DNA of 64,000 bases from Antedon mediterranea (GCF_964355755.1 NC_092670.1:8856201-8920200), one strand, 5' to 3'. Shown: positions 12,949 through 26,900, counted from the first letter of the stretch. A program made the numbers and translations. The notes: generated by a model from the letters alone, not told the origin.

Positions 12949-13953
12949 ATGGACCATTCCATTTGCTTAGAACCGGTTTGTAGGCTTTGTGGCTGTAAAC
13001 GTGCTATTCGTGAAGGTTGCCGGCCACATTTGAAAGAGAAATATGAAAATATAATTATATCTGCACTGAAAATAAATGTCACTTTCGATGTGCTTGGAGT
13101 ACATCCACCATACATTTGCCTGTGCTGCATACATAAGCTAAAAAGGTGGAGAAAATTTTCCAATAGGAACATAAAAAAAAACTGCAATATACATGTAGTA
13201 TCATTTCAAGATACAGAATGCAAGTTCTGTAATGTCACTGAAGTGGTGCCTGTCACACTAGAGGATTTTAGGAATGCGGCAGTCAATTCTCATCTTATTC
13301 CTTGGTTCCCAACAGAAGATGAACTACACTTTATTAAACTGACGAAAGACGGGAATAATATCAGCATAAATCTAACTGTGTTAAAAGATTTTTCATGGTC
13401 ATTGATTGTTGCAGGTATCACAATGCCAACTAAAAGCTTGTTGGGGGAAGATTTTGGTGAATTTTTGAATTTACAAGACTTTTCAAAGCTCTGTAATGTG
13501 ATTGAAAATGCAGGAACATGCACAGGGAATCAGGATTTTCCTGATGTGGTAGAAAAAAAGAAAGGACCAGAAGGGCAAATTCCCATAAATATAACAAAAA
13601 ACGACATTTATTGCCATTTGCACTCCACAATTAGGCATAAAAAATGTGAACTATTAGTTAGTAAGGATACAAAACGATGCAGGGTTTGCAAAATTTTCCG
13701 ATCTGACCTTTCTGCAAAAAGAAACGCTTACAGAGCTCCAGGCAGAGATCAACTGAAACCAAAAACTCCAAACATACACCTTTCTAGAGCCCAATTAGAA
13801 GATAAATTAGCAACATTAAAAGGTGAATGTCGCCAATTAAAGCAAAGAAATCGCTGTCTTCAAGATAAAGTGACTATGTATGCAAATGAAAGGGCTAAGC
13901 TATTGGCTGTTATGGATGATGTAGAACCTGAAATCGAAAGTAATAATATCTAA
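12949..13953 (+). CDS. 334-aa transposon-derived protein: RAG1 N-terminal/Chapaev-like Zn domain, second Cys/His domain and coiled coil, no catalytic core
   Basis: Uninterrupted ORF; H-x3-L-x2-VCRLCG...KINVTFDVLGVHPPYICLCC...CKFC pattern; then CTGN...TIRHKKC...RCRVCKIFRSDL and a heptad coil; AG acceptor at 12925 just upstream of ATG 12949. Confidence 0.75.
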   Translation: MDHSICLEPVCRLCGCKRAIREGCRPHLKEKYENIIISALKINVTFDVLGVHPPYICLCCIHKLKRWRKFSNRNIKKNCNIHVVSFQDTECKFCNVTEVVPVTLEDFRNAAVNSHLIPWFPTEDELHFIKLTKDGNNISINLTVLKDFSWSLIVAGITMPTKSLLGEDFGEFLNLQDFSKLCNVIENAGTCTGNQDFPDVVEKKKGPEGQIPINITKNDIYCHLHSTIRHKKCELLVSKDTKRCRVCKIFRSDLSAKRNAYRAPGRDQLKPKTPNIHLSRAQLEDKLATLKGECRQLKQRNRCLQDKVTMYANERAKLLAVMDDVEPEIESNNI

Positions 13954-13987
13954 ATCAAAATTTACTTCGAAATCAAGTCTCCATCAG

Positions 13988-14225
13988 AATCAGAAAAGAG
14001 GTCTTCGCACGTTTTTTTCAATCATGAAATAGATTCGCGAAAGCTAAAAGACATTGTAGTTGAGATGTTACATAAATAATATCACATTAACATTGATTCA
14101 ACAATCAGAAAAGAGGTCTTCGCACGTTTTTTTCAATCGTGAAATACAGTAGATTCGTGAAAGCTAAAAGACATTGTAGTTGAGATGTTACATATAAATG
14201 ATATCACATTAACATTGATTCAACA
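13988..14225. repeat. Two-copy ~115-120 bp tandem duplication
   Basis: 13988-14102 and 14103-14225 nearly identical; copy 2 has TACAGTA where copy 1 has TA. Confidence 0.9.
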
Positions 14226-14436
14226 ATTATTTCGATATTTATTTACTGTAATTTGTATGTTATTAGTACAATACCATGTCACGAGTATAATCATTTTTTA
14301 TTTACAGTGATTTCAAATGATATATATATATTTGTAAAGGCCTAAAAATCACATTTCTTTTAAGTTATTAATATCATTCAGGAAAGGATTCCATGCACAC
14401 AAAACATCTCTAGTACAGGGATTTTTCCATGCCATA

Positions 14437-17400
14437 TTATACTTCTTTTTGTGAAACACCAGTGCCGTCTGTATTCAGCACAGGTAAAGAGGAGCCTTGT
14501 TCTTCTAGTTCTACTGTTTTATATTGGTCACTGTTCTGCTGGGACAAAATTTTTAAAAACATTTTTTAAATAAAACTGAATTCCAAATAAGCAATGCATG
14601 TTACATTTATGTTGTGTGTTATCTCTGTACAAAAACAATCGCAGTTTATCTTACCACGGGTTTGATAGTGATGTACATAATAAGAAACATGATAAACGAT
14701 ATCACCTTTAGTCCAATCAAAAGACCAAAGTAAGAGTATCGATATTGTTCGATGTCATACATCAAACATGCGCCCTCTTCACCGCATGTTGTCTGCCAAA
14801 GTAGACACACCGAGTTTATTACAGCGCCAAAATATATCGGAGCGGGAAAATAGCCTGGGAGAGAAAAAATTGTGTTTATATAATTTCAAATGAGGACGTG
14901 TAGGTGCAACAAGTTATAGAAGAGTGTATATTGGTACGCCGGAAGCTTCTTATCTCCACTGATTCCTGGTATGTGTTAAAATGTGTATATGTTATAGCCT
15001 AAGTATGGTGTGGGTTAACTCAAGTGTATTGGTCTGGGTCAGAGCATTTATATAATTAAATCCTCCATCGTCGTCAGATTATTTAAGAAGGAGGTTTGGG
15101 GAATAGGTTTCTATAAAATGTATGTTGTATTTCCATGACATCAAGCAAACGGCTTTTTACCAAAGTAGAATGTAAAATGAATGCAATTTGTTGCCTTTAA
15201 GAGTTACTTTCACTAAAAGAGTTTAGCTTCTTTTCAATAGCTGTAATAATTCCGGGAATAATTCCACTTTAAGTATTGAACATGCCACCTAAAGCAGCTA
15301 AGCGTAAACACAAATGATCCCGACGGTCATATACCTATAACTTTTGTCAAAAGCTGCTGTAAACCAATGGCCACCGAACGATCTTCGTCTGCAACAATCC
15401 TGCAAAAGATGGAGGAGCCGAAACTATTAGAAGCGAGGCACTCCAATATAACACGACAAAGTGTTATTGGAAATGTCTATATTGTGGAAGGTAAATACAA
15501 TTACAAATGGGCGTAAGAAGTTTAGTATAGTATTTAACAAAAAAAATACCCACACAAAATATGTTATCGCTCATATTTACTTTTTTTGTCAAACTAGTTT
15601 GAAAACTCCTGATTATTAATTGTTCCTTACATTCCTTTCTTAATACTGTACTTTAATGCATACCTTAAGATAATGGATATCAATGGGCTATCCTTCATTG
15701 CAGTTAAAGATGTCAGTATAGCCGTCAAAATTGTGTAAATTATCAATGTATTGCAATGAAATGAACAAGCTCCAGAAACAGCTCGTCCATAACCGTCTTC
15801 AGAATCGGGGTCAGAGATGCAAGTGCATTCTGTATAGTTCTGAAGGAATTGGAATGTCAATAACAGCTAATTGTATTAAATCGTCTTTTCCATTTCAATT
15901 AGCTTCATCCGTCACATGTCATCATTAGTTCCACATCTTCATCACTTTCAACAGTATCGCAGTCATCGTCACCACTGTCCGTATCAGCATCACTGCCAAC
16001 AAACCATTCTTTCTGCCAATATCACCACTAATCCGATATCACCATTACGCAGTACCGTCAACATTATAGTCATCATTACTATCATCGCAAATTACCGTAT
16101 ACATAACTATCAACTTCCACTGTCACATTGTAGTACTCGACAGAATTACTGCCTCTGCAGCTACTACTTATCATCGTCATTGTCGTCGTCAGTCACTGTC
16201 AACACACTTACCAACATTACAGCATCACTACTTGACTTTTGAGAACATCCAGCGTGGCAACCAGAAGCATACGTTATGCCATCAGAACCACACACGGGCA
16301 GGAACATGTTATCTCTGCAAGAACATCCGGAGTTACACTCAGAGTTGAGGTTTGGTAGCTTAAGACCACTGGCTGATCTATTTAATATGTAGATATCTAT
16401 TAATCCTGATTTATGTATACTACAGTATTTGGATAAACGTACATAACCCAGGCTTGTGATTTTGATCTATGTTATTTAATTATTAATGGATATCACAGAA
16501 CAAAAATGTAACAATGTGGTTGTTTTGTAATTTAATCACTCCTCATTTATGGGTTGAAAATTTACAAAGCAGAGCATAACATATTTTTAATTAATATAAA
16601 ATAAAATATAAACTATAGAATTCAAATTTAGAAACAGGGTGATTGCCGAAGCTACAGTATCAATGGCACCGATCGTTTATAGTATAAACAAAGAAACGTT
16701 ACTCCGCATTATAAAATGTTTGCTTAAAAACATACATTAATCGTATACTCACGAGTTATTACTAGAAATATGATTTTCTCGTTGGTTATAATTTGTTGTT
16801 AACCCAGCAAATTCCGGGTTATTACAACCCACGAACATTAGTACTGGTAACACGCATAAGGTAATAAAAATGCAACAAAGCACAAATAGCGTTGCTTTCT
16901 TCGGACCCAGTTTGAACCTGCGACAAAATATACCGGCGAACAAATGTCCAAGCATAGTGCATGGAGCAATCACCGAACCTGCAAGAGAAAAATAAACAAG
17001 CAATATACATAATGCGTGTATCATACAGACCGATAAGCCATCACTAAGATGATTTCAGAGTTTCTATCGCAGAATTTGTATTTGAGTTTTTAGCAGTAAA
17101 CATTAAAAATATTACCTAATAACAAGACTTGTGCATCTTAACGGTGAAGAATTGCTTAATAAATTAGACCACAACTCACCTACAATAATCGTTGCTGTGA
17201 CGGGGGTCACGCCGAATTGTGTGATGACATACTTGATAATGAAAGCGACAAATATGCTTAAAATAGCAAGTTCTCCTGCGGTAGCCAAACAGAGTGACAT
17301 CAATATCGGATTCATGATAAGACGTTTCATTAGCTGTAAGAATCCTGTGGCCATAAAAAGATTGTTACAACACAGATGGATAAGTTTTTGTAATACAGTA

Positions 17401-19217
17401 CCGTATAATAAAAATAAACACTGGTAGTAAAGGACATAGAATCGTATCTGAGATGACTGTCAATAATCAGTTACGATCTACCTAATGACAGCTTCAGAAT
17501 CTGGCGGAATAATCAACTTTATAGATGAAAATTCATCATTACCATATTGTCACAATATGATAATTGTGATGTCATCACTCAACAAGACTATAGTGGGATT
17601 TGGCATAGCTTACGTGTGATGGTATTTATAACTCCTCTCTCTAACACTGGATTTGACCGTGTTGTTATGAACGTAGTGTCAACATCATCTTCCTTTTTAT
17701 CATCAGATTTCTTGAATCTTGATGGTATCTTCTTTGGAAAAAAGAAGAATGGTATACTCATGAGGATGATGGCGATACCTAAGAAGATGTAGCCAAGCCA
17801 CCAAGCTCCAATCCAGCGTGGATCATGCTGGCTAAGGTCTGGGATGTCCTTGGCGGCAACGCGGTCAAAGTCGACGAACTTAGATAATGTCAACGCACTA
17901 CAAAAGTAGCCAACGATGGGCCCGAATGCAATGGAAAGCATAATCAGAGCTGTGAAATAATATAGACAACAGTTAATCAAACTTTGTGACATTGTGATAT
18001 TTCCATATACAGTATGGACATGTAAGTTTCTTTTGTATTTTCAGTCTTTTTATATTTTACTTTTATAAACTTCAAAAAGAACAAATTGTTGGTCGAAAGT
18101 TTATGAGTAAGGGTTTTATTTGAAAGCAACATAGAATCTCAAGGATTCAAGAGGTAACGATTGTAAATGATAAACTAAGAACCGCTTGTGTATGGCGTTT
18201 TGGCTTACCTGCATAGAAAACAGTTTGATAAACCGGTAGGCTGTCATCCAAGTATGTCAATGTGAGTGGAACAATGATGGCCCAGCCAATGCCTTGAAAA
18301 ACTTGTCCAACAATCAACCACTGTGTGCTCCCAAATCCTTTCTTTTCACAGTCTTTTACAAATGGCGGATTCGAAACATTTGAATCTTTTGAAAAGAAAG
18401 GAATCGATGTGTTGCTACCATTTTTTACATATTCGGGATAATCAGCTGTTCCAGGTTCTGGATAATCAGTTGCTCCAGGTCCTGAATAATCAGCTGTTCC
18501 AGGTCCTGGATAATCAGTTACTCCAAGTCCTGAATAATCAGCTGTCCCAGGTCCTGTTGCAGGTCTTGAATAAGCAGTGCCTCCGGTATTGTTTGATGAA
18601 AGATTTATGTCAGGTTTATCAGTCTTGTTCGATACATTTGAAATTTCGGTTGGCGTGAGTTCTGAGGTAGAGTCAATTCCTGCAAGTTTCTCAATTCCTG
18701 GTATTCTTGATGGGTCGAGTCCATCTTGACTTTTAGACGGGAGAACATTTCGAATGAAACAATAATCTGGAATTTCAAACTCTCCATTTATTGTTGTCAC
18801 TTCAAAAACATCTTTTGAAAAATGAGGTAAAGCACTGATGAATAGTCCAATTCCAACTATTAAGATTCCTGTACCGATCCACCGAGGCCTATGCGAGTTG
18901 TGTCCTAAAAACGCTACAAATACAACACATATGACACCTGTGATGTCACTAATGACTGTAAGAAAGCCAGATTCCGTACTTGAGATTTGGAACTCTTTTT
19001 CAATGGTTGTTAAAATAGCTCCGGTATACGTTACAGCGGATATAATAAGTACTAGTGTTGGTAACAGTATTAAGACAAATATTTTAGGATTTGCAAACCA
19101 CTGAAGCCATAAGGGAGTAAATCGCCCAATACCACATTTTGGATCTTCATTCGCGTCGATTCCTCCATTCAACGATGAGTTACGATCGTCAGTTTTCAGC
19201 TCGGAATTGTTTGACAT
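14437..19217 (-). CDS. SLCO: Solute carrier organic anion transporter (OATP/SLCO family), paralogue 1
   Basis: Exons 19217-18209, 17949-17614, 17344-17180, 16978-16753, 16377-16212, 15839-15664, 15399-15335, 14854-14655, 14538-14437, all phase-compatible GT-AG. Motifs TTIEKEFQISS, HRPRWIG, TYLDDS, DPRWIGAWWLG, Kazal-like PVCGSDGITY, PAPIYFGAVI, CGEEGAC. Confidence 0.95.
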
Positions 19218-21830
19218 AATTGTGTCTTTCTACTGAAAAACAAAATAACAACGTTGATTTTGCTAGGAGTATGATAGTATACCATCACACGAATTGAGTA
19301 AATGTGACAATCCATCAGTAATAGGAAATTACTGATTATGCATTTAAAATGCAATTTTTGTCGAAAATTGTAGTTTTTCCTAATGGTTGTTAAGGCGGCC
19401 TTGATAAGCAAATTATAAGACGTTTCCATATTATGTAAATAGTATTAAGAATGCACATATATGATCATAAAAAAGGACTTTATCATTGCAATTTAACTGG
19501 TGTTTTAATTCATTTTATTGCTATCCGTTTTAATTTTATTTAACGGAAAAGTGATTAATGGAGATTTAATGATACAGTACCATACGTTTTTCACGATACG
19601 GTAAACAACATCTTCGATTGATGGCAAACATTATGTGCAGAGAAGCGTAACCAACAGAAATAACAATAACAATACTATTGACCTGTTACTTAAAAATTAA
19701 AACTCGTTTACTGTATCAATACAAACCAAATAAAATTCATTATCTTCCATGTGCTGCCATATGATGCTACATATTTCTACTTATTTCTAAGTATATCCTT
19801 AATTTTCTCATTTGTTGTACATTATGAATAATTTAATTTTTACGCAAATAGCTGGTATGCAGAGAAAAGCGTATTTGAAAGGCAATGTTTAAACTGTCAG
19901 GAGACAGACAGACAGACAGACAAGTAGACAAGAAACTACAGAAACCAATTATTTTCAATAGATCTATACCGTATTGAGAATTGAGTTGTTTCAAAGTATC
20001 GTGTATAATAATTTTGCATAAGTAACTTAATTACTTAGAGATGTATTTTCCCCAAAAAAACATGAAAAATGAAGATTAATTAAATCAGACTTTGAATAGG
20101 TTATTTTGTAGTTTTAATAAAATTAATCACTTCCATTGAAAAAAAAATGCAAACAAATAGTGTTTTCACTTATAAAATGATAAAACAAACGGTTAAATTC
20201 AACCAAAAACCCATGGGCTGGCAGCCAATTTGACTATTTTTTACTTTAAATTACATTTTTTTAAGATAAATATATATTTTTTTGATCCAATTCTTGGTCA
20301 AAGTGGATAACTATTATGTATATTAATATTATCACAATTTTTTTAGTACATCTTTAAGTTAATTAATTGAGAGTCTGTCTTTTTTTGTCCTTAAATATTT
20401 GATGTTTGCAATGTTTTACATTTTAATCATTTTGTATTGAAAGTGTTACTGTTTAATTCAACTTCAAAGTTGCAATAAAAGTTGATTGATTGAACACGAT
20501 TAATATTTTAAAAATGATCACTCATTGCAATTTAAACCATGAATTGTCTAAATCTGTGTTTAATTATAATTTGATCAATATAACTGTACTATTTTCGTCA
20601 CCCTGCATATTCCTGGTTTTTGTATTGATTAAATTATATCTTTTATTTTATCAACTTATTTAGATGAAACATTTAAAAAAAATTTTAAAAATAGTGTGTG
20701 TCTCAACATGGTATACATTTTGGGTAAGTTCAATATTAAACCACATTTTTATTCAAGTGCCGAACATAAAAGGACCGAATATAAAAGTACCAAATGATGA
20801 AAGTGTCGTATGAAATGGTAAAAAGAGCCAAATGATGTATAAATTAATCGAACAATATGGTAAAAAAAATCTCAAACGAAACGCACGACACGGTGAACAA
20901 CGAACAATATGGTAAAAGAGCCTGACGTAATGATAAAATGGCCGAAAGGGATCCGGCAGGAGGTATAAACGCTGTTTCAATTCAGTTCTTTCCTTTAATT
21001 AATTATATAATCATAATACCACCTAGTACTAAGTACATTCAAGAGCAGAGTACACAAAACTGTGATTTTTAAGTTCATAATATTATAACAACTATTGTCT
21101 ACTGACACTTAACATCGTTATAGAGATTAGACAAAACTAAACGAAATTTGTATTTAAAAAAACGTGAAGTCTGTTAATAATACTTGTTTTCACTTGACGG
21201 GAATATTATACGATAAGTGTACATCAAAAGTGGTTTCATTGTGTTGAATTTAAAATTTATATATATTACACATTTATAAGTAAATCAATCCTAGAGCACG
21301 TAGGTAAGATTTTAATATTAACAAAATAAGCCACTTTGTAGTTTAAATAAAGTTATTCACTTTCACAAGAAAAAACAAGCAAGAGGATTTCGCTTATAAA
21401 ATAAAAAAAATCAACAATATAACCAGAATCCTGCATGGACTTTCGGTTAACTATTTTTCTTTAAATTACGTTTGCCGATCCAGTGGTCAAAATGAATAAT
21501 CATTAATAAATAATTTTTTTCTGGTGGAAAAACACTATAGGCCTATGTTTAATATAAAGTGTGAAAGTAGCTAAAATAGAAAATAGAAAACATTACAATC
21601 AATTGTTTTCGGGTTGATAACGAAAATTTGAATGCATATAGAAATGAACAGCAGAAACACATTTTGATTAATATTATATCCTTAAGTTTATTGACTTTTG
21701 ATATGCCTGTTGTTGCAAAACAGATTCTACGAAAAGAAATGTCAATGTAAAAACAAATCAGTAACATTTAGATCGTAGTAGACCAAGACTAGTTTAAATA
21801 ATTAGGCCTACTAGATGTATGCAAAATGTA

Positions 21831-22030
21831 ACTTACGTTTAACTAATAGAAAACGATGTTCCCTGTGTCAGATAAAAATCTAATGTTCACTAAAGTGCGC
21901 ACTGACTGAACTGAGATAACATTGGCGTAGTAGATGCTCCGTGCTATTAAAGAAAAATTATATGACATCGGAGCAATATATAGATTCACTCAAGCATACG
22001 GAAATGTTGAATGCGGTAGACATCGTTCAT
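21831..22030 (-). promoter_or_regulatory. Putative promoter and non-coding exon 1 of SLCO paralogue 1
   Basis: Minus-strand donor GTAAGT at 21836-21831, TATA-like at 21976-21982; alignable with 36624-36875 upstream of paralogue 2. Confidence 0.6.
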
Positions 22031-22084
22031 TATGTATATTTTTATTTATTTGAACTTGTTACACCTCGTGGTACTCCATAACAA

Positions 22085-22450
22085 CAACTGTTTCGTAATG
22101 GTCCAGAGTTTGGAAAACAACTTAAAAAAGAAGAATTACGATAAAAGTACAATGTATAATATAATATACAGTAAATTATATATAAAAAATATTATACTGT
22201 ATAACCATATCAATTTGATCTCTGTTGCGCGTGCGTACAATTGAGAACTGTGTAGTTGCCGATTCATTATAATATCCGGCAAATAATGCTGAGGATGGTA
22301 CAGATTTTGGAAAACAAATTAAAAAAGAATAATTACTATAAGTATAATGTATAATATACAGTATATTATATATGAAAAATATAATATGACCATATCAATT
22401 TGATCTCTGTTGCGCGTGCGTACAATTGAGAACTGTGTAGTGCCGATTCA
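22085..22450. repeat. Two-copy ~190-bp tandem duplication
   Basis: GTTTGGAAAACAA...CCATATCAATTTGATCTCTGTTGCGCGTGCGTACAATTGAGAACTGTGTAG present twice. Confidence 0.85.
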
Positions 22451-22505
22451 TCATATTTAATCTTATGTGAACAATTTGAACTATCATGAAGGTCCTGTCC
22501 GATGA

Positions 22506-22631
22506 GTCTACACTATCAAAGTAGTTTGAAAAAAAATGTGATGTGCCCGAATAATGGTAGTAATATGATATCATCGTGTTCTTGGGCACATCCCATTTTT
22601 TGTCACAAAGTTTGATAGTGTAGACAGAGCT
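22506..22631. mobile_element. MITE family A copy
   Basis: GTCTACACTATCAAA...TTTGATAGTGTAGACAGAGCT then TTA. Confidence 0.8.
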
Positions 22632-22693
22632 TTACATTAAAGCTCAGGTACAGGCATGAATTTTAAATATGATATCTGGTTAATTGTACATAA

Positions 22694-23773
22694 TCTATAT
22701 TATAAGTGAGAGAGTTTGTCTGCCTGTTTGTTTGTTCGTTATACAAAATTTTGTTACTGCACATAATCTTACATATGGGGTATCAAAATGACCGCAATTT
22801 TACCGGGAATGTTCTAAGCTATATTTCAACATCATCCGCCACCTAGGATCCGGATCCAAGTTAGGGACCAAAATGTGGTCAAAACCCCCACTTTCGATGT
22901 TTCTTCGTTATAAAAATTTCTGTTTCTGTACGTAACCATACGTATGGGGTATCAAAATGATGACAATTGTACCCGGAAGGTTTTAAACTACATTTAAAAA
23001 AATTTCCCCGACTCCTGGGGTTTTTGTGGGAGGGGTGGGGGCGGGGGGTGGTGTGGTGGTTTGTGATGTCATTTTTGCTAGGGCTCGGGGTTGTAGGCTA
23101 TCGAATTGTAAAATTATACTACAAAAGTTTTACAGTATTTGAATTATCCTCAGCAAGGTGTTTGGGGAAATATAGATATACATATTTTATTCATTAACCA
23201 ATATGACACCTATTCAATTAAACATTTAGCAAAGTACTTTAGCCATATCCAGCTATGTATTGGCCTCCTGGATTGTCTCATTACAGACATCCATTGCTGT
23301 GTGAACATACACACGTTGTTTACTGTTACTGTGTTCAACTACATCACCATGCCTCCAAGGAAAAAACGTCAATTGTGGGAGAGTGGGGGTTCAGGGGATT
23401 TAGCTTACACCAAAATTGTGGTTGGAAAATGTTAAAGTATTTAATTATCCCTGGGAAGAGGCTGAGAGTTTGGGTTGGGGATGTAGGCCTATCACATATC
23501 ATTTCAAAACTGCCACTGAGGGATTATGGGTTGGGAGTAACAATAACATCATTAGACCCATCATAGCTATGTATACTCCTCTCAATTTGAAGCTTAGGTT
23601 GAATTGAATTTGTCCATCACTGGGAAGAATTTGTTTTTAAGAAAGAGTATGGGGTGTTTATTGAAGAGGGGCGGCAGTTGGTGAGTATAGACAGATACTG
23701 GCGTCGGGTGTTATGTACTGAGAAGCCTTTAAACTAATTTTGAAACCCGCCCTGGGGCGGGTATAATTGCTAG
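22694..23773 (+). mobile_element. Non-autonomous Helitron
   Basis: Starts TC after A (A|TCTATATTATAAG), ends with hairpin ACCCGCCC-TG-GGGCGGGT (23745-23762) then CTAG|T; internal duplicated TATGGGGTATCAAAATGA. Confidence 0.8.
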
Positions 23774-23918
23774 TAAATATAATATTTGTAACAGAAATCA
23801 AGACAAAAAAACATGAATTTCCCTTAAATAAAAAATACAAAATGGAAAAAAAAACACTATCTTAGTGTAGACGACGACGAGAAGGTCACAGCTCTTCTAT
23901 AGTAGGCATGATATGACA

Positions 23919-26900
23919 TCAAACACTCATCTCTTCTTCGTTGCCTTCTTTGGGCTTAGGAGTACCGTCTCCTTTCATCATGGGTAACGAGCAGCCTTGT
24001 TCTTTTCCTTCTACTGTCTTATATTGGTCATTGTTCTGCTGGTACAAAAATAAGTTAAAACTAATTTGAATCAATCTGAACCAAAGATCTCTAAATCGAA
24101 TTAACTCGAAAAATATAAGTTTTGTCGTAATTCAACAATATAAATAAATCCATACCCAATGTCCTTTACCGTACAACGGAAAATCAGTGTAAATATTTGA
24201 TATTTCCAAAACCTCAATCCTAATCAGAATAGGTAATTTGAACGTTTAAAATAGCAATTCCTTATGGGACTGAAAGTCGTAATATGCTTGGGAACGCCTT
24301 GTGGAAAAGATGGGCGTAGATTTAGAGAGGGTTCCCATCAGAGCTGACTCTCGTAAGCAAAGAGCAAATTCGTCTGTTCATTCATTCATTCTGCTTTTAT
24401 TCAATATTTCTCTTTGCAGTATATATAAAATAAAACTGAATTGCGAGAGATTTACATATAAAATTGGTACAAGCTTTCAAACATCAAAATTTACAACATT
24501 AAAAAGTTAAAAAGTTAAAAAAAAATATTTTTAAAAAGGAGATATTACACATGGAAGAAACTGATGAAAGTACTTATTACTTATTATTATTATTATTGTT
24601 GTGTTTATTTTGGTTTATTAATTAGTCTACACAGTGCTGGGAAACATGAGTTGTTGAATCTTTTAGTATTGCCATATATTTCACTTTGCTTCTTAGCATT
24701 CCTAAGTATCCTGCCACACGTTTCGCCTCTCAATTTAGGAAGTGCGTTAGGAACGATTTTGTTAAGATTTTTAGCAAAATCAAGAAGAATATCTTCTCTT
24801 CTTTGATCTAAAAATTTAAGATTAAGTAGTTTAATTGCTTGATCATAGGATGCATATTTTTGTCCGAGAATTATTCTACATGCGCGTTTCTGTATAGATT
24901 CAAGCTCCATGGATTGTGCTATGGTTAAGGCAGAGTGCCATACCGGACACGCATATTCAGTTACAGGTCTTATGTGGCTAATATACATTTGACGCAGATG
25001 GTTACAAGGCATTCCAAATCTTTTTAAACATGTCAACATATGTAATCTCTTACTGGCTCTATTAACAACATCGTGGATATGCATATTCCATTTCAGATCA
25101 TTAGTGATCTGAACCCCAAGTAACTTTAAGCATTCAACATTGGTTATTTTTATATTATTTATCGTAAATGATTTAACAATGGGTTGAGATTTGGCAAAAG
25201 AAATGTTCATAAAGTTAGTTTTTTCAATATTAATTATCATATTATTGTCTTTGGTCCATTGTGATAGTTCGTTTAATTGATCTTGAACATTAGGCGGGGT
25301 TTTCTTGTTGTGAACTTCACATATTGACAAATCATCTACATACTTCCACCGATTTGGGAAGTCTCTAAGCGAATTGTTAACCATTACTTGGAAAATTAAG
25401 GGACCCAGTTTCGTCCCCTGAGGAACTCCGCAAGTTATTCCTTGCCAGTTTGAAAAACCGCCATTGAGTTTCACTCTCTGTTTACGTTCGCTCAGAAAAT
25501 CACAAATCCACGGCATCAATTCAGGTTGAACTCCAATATCAATTAACTTCTTGACAGCGATTGTATGATCAATTAGGTCAAACGCTTTACGAAAATCAAC
25601 TGCAATAACCGTTGCTTCGTGTCCAGGTTTATCAAGACCTTGAAGTAAATAGTGTAACATGCTAGTAAGATAGTGACTTGTAGACGCTCCTGTGCGATTT
25701 CCAAATTGCATTTCGTCTAATTTAGGCGCGATCTTGGGTTTTATCCATGACGAGACAAAGTGTTCTAGCATGCGTACAAAAATTGGTGTAATGGATATGG
25801 GTCTGATTTGATTTAAGTTAACCGGTCCTTTCACTTTAGGAAGTGGGGTTATGGTCGCCTCTTTCCACTTGCGCGGGACTATGCCTTGCGAGAGTGATGC
25901 GTTGTAGATGTCAACTAACGGTGATGCAATTTCAAATGCGAATTCTTTGATGACGCGAGGCGGTAGATCACCCGGGGCAACTGATTTGTTGCAGTTTATT
26001 TTCTGAAGCTGATGATACACCTGCCAGAAGTTGAGTGTCGGTGCATAGCCACAAGGAAGGTATGATGGTAGACTATTAGTTTGTAGGGGTTCAATCTTCT
26101 GGCATATATTCACTAGGTAGTTATTCATTAGTTCGCAAATTTTAAGCGGATCCGTTTCTTCAGTTTCTAGATTCAACACCGATTTCTTTTTATTCGTACC
26201 GCATATTTGGTTAACTTTTTGGAACCACTGCTTTGCGTTAGTGTTTTGCAGATTGTTAACTTCGTATTTGTAGTATTTAATCTTTGCTTGTTTGATTTCC
26301 CAAATTACTTGGTTTCTAAGTGTACGGAAATGACGGGACATTTTTCCATATTTATGAAAGCTAATTTGTCTCTCCTTACAAACAGTGGTGGCGCCAGCGG
26401 GGGGGCTACGGGGGCTCTAGCCCCCTCGTCGGGGAGCCTAGCTCTAGCTTCAGCGCCAAGAAAACCGCGACGTTTCATTGACCGTGAGAGTACGTCAGAG
26501 TGATATTATGCACTTTATATGCATTCATTATTGCCAGCGATCTAACTTACTACTAAACAATAGCTAGGTTCGCACTTGTCTGGCGGTATCCCTTTGTACG
26601 AATCGTTCAACGTTGGGTCGAGACGCGTGATATCATGTTCCATTCAGGGACCAAAAAGTGTACTTGTAGTTATTTTCCAGGCGAAGTTTACCGACGGTTA
26701 CGTCGTGTACTGCGTCGACGTACGCTACACACAGCAAAAACGAATTATGTTAATTGTTCGTATGTTCACCAATTTTTTAATTTACAAGTAACCTTCTGTA
26801 CCGTGGGGCACCTAAAATAAATTTTTCATCCATTACTAAATAAAAAAACATGCCATTTTCGCTTAGCCAACATCTTATTATAGCTAAGTTATTACATTTT

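Noticed and set aside
9250-14400. A complete RAG/ProtoRAG transposon
   Set aside because: No RING, no RAG1 core, no RAG2-like kelch ORF and no RSS-like TIR pair recognised.
15900-16200. Low-complexity CAT/CAC-rich intron segments (also 30420-30960) as extra SLCO exons
   Set aside because: Flanking exons already join in frame and no convincing splice sites bound them.
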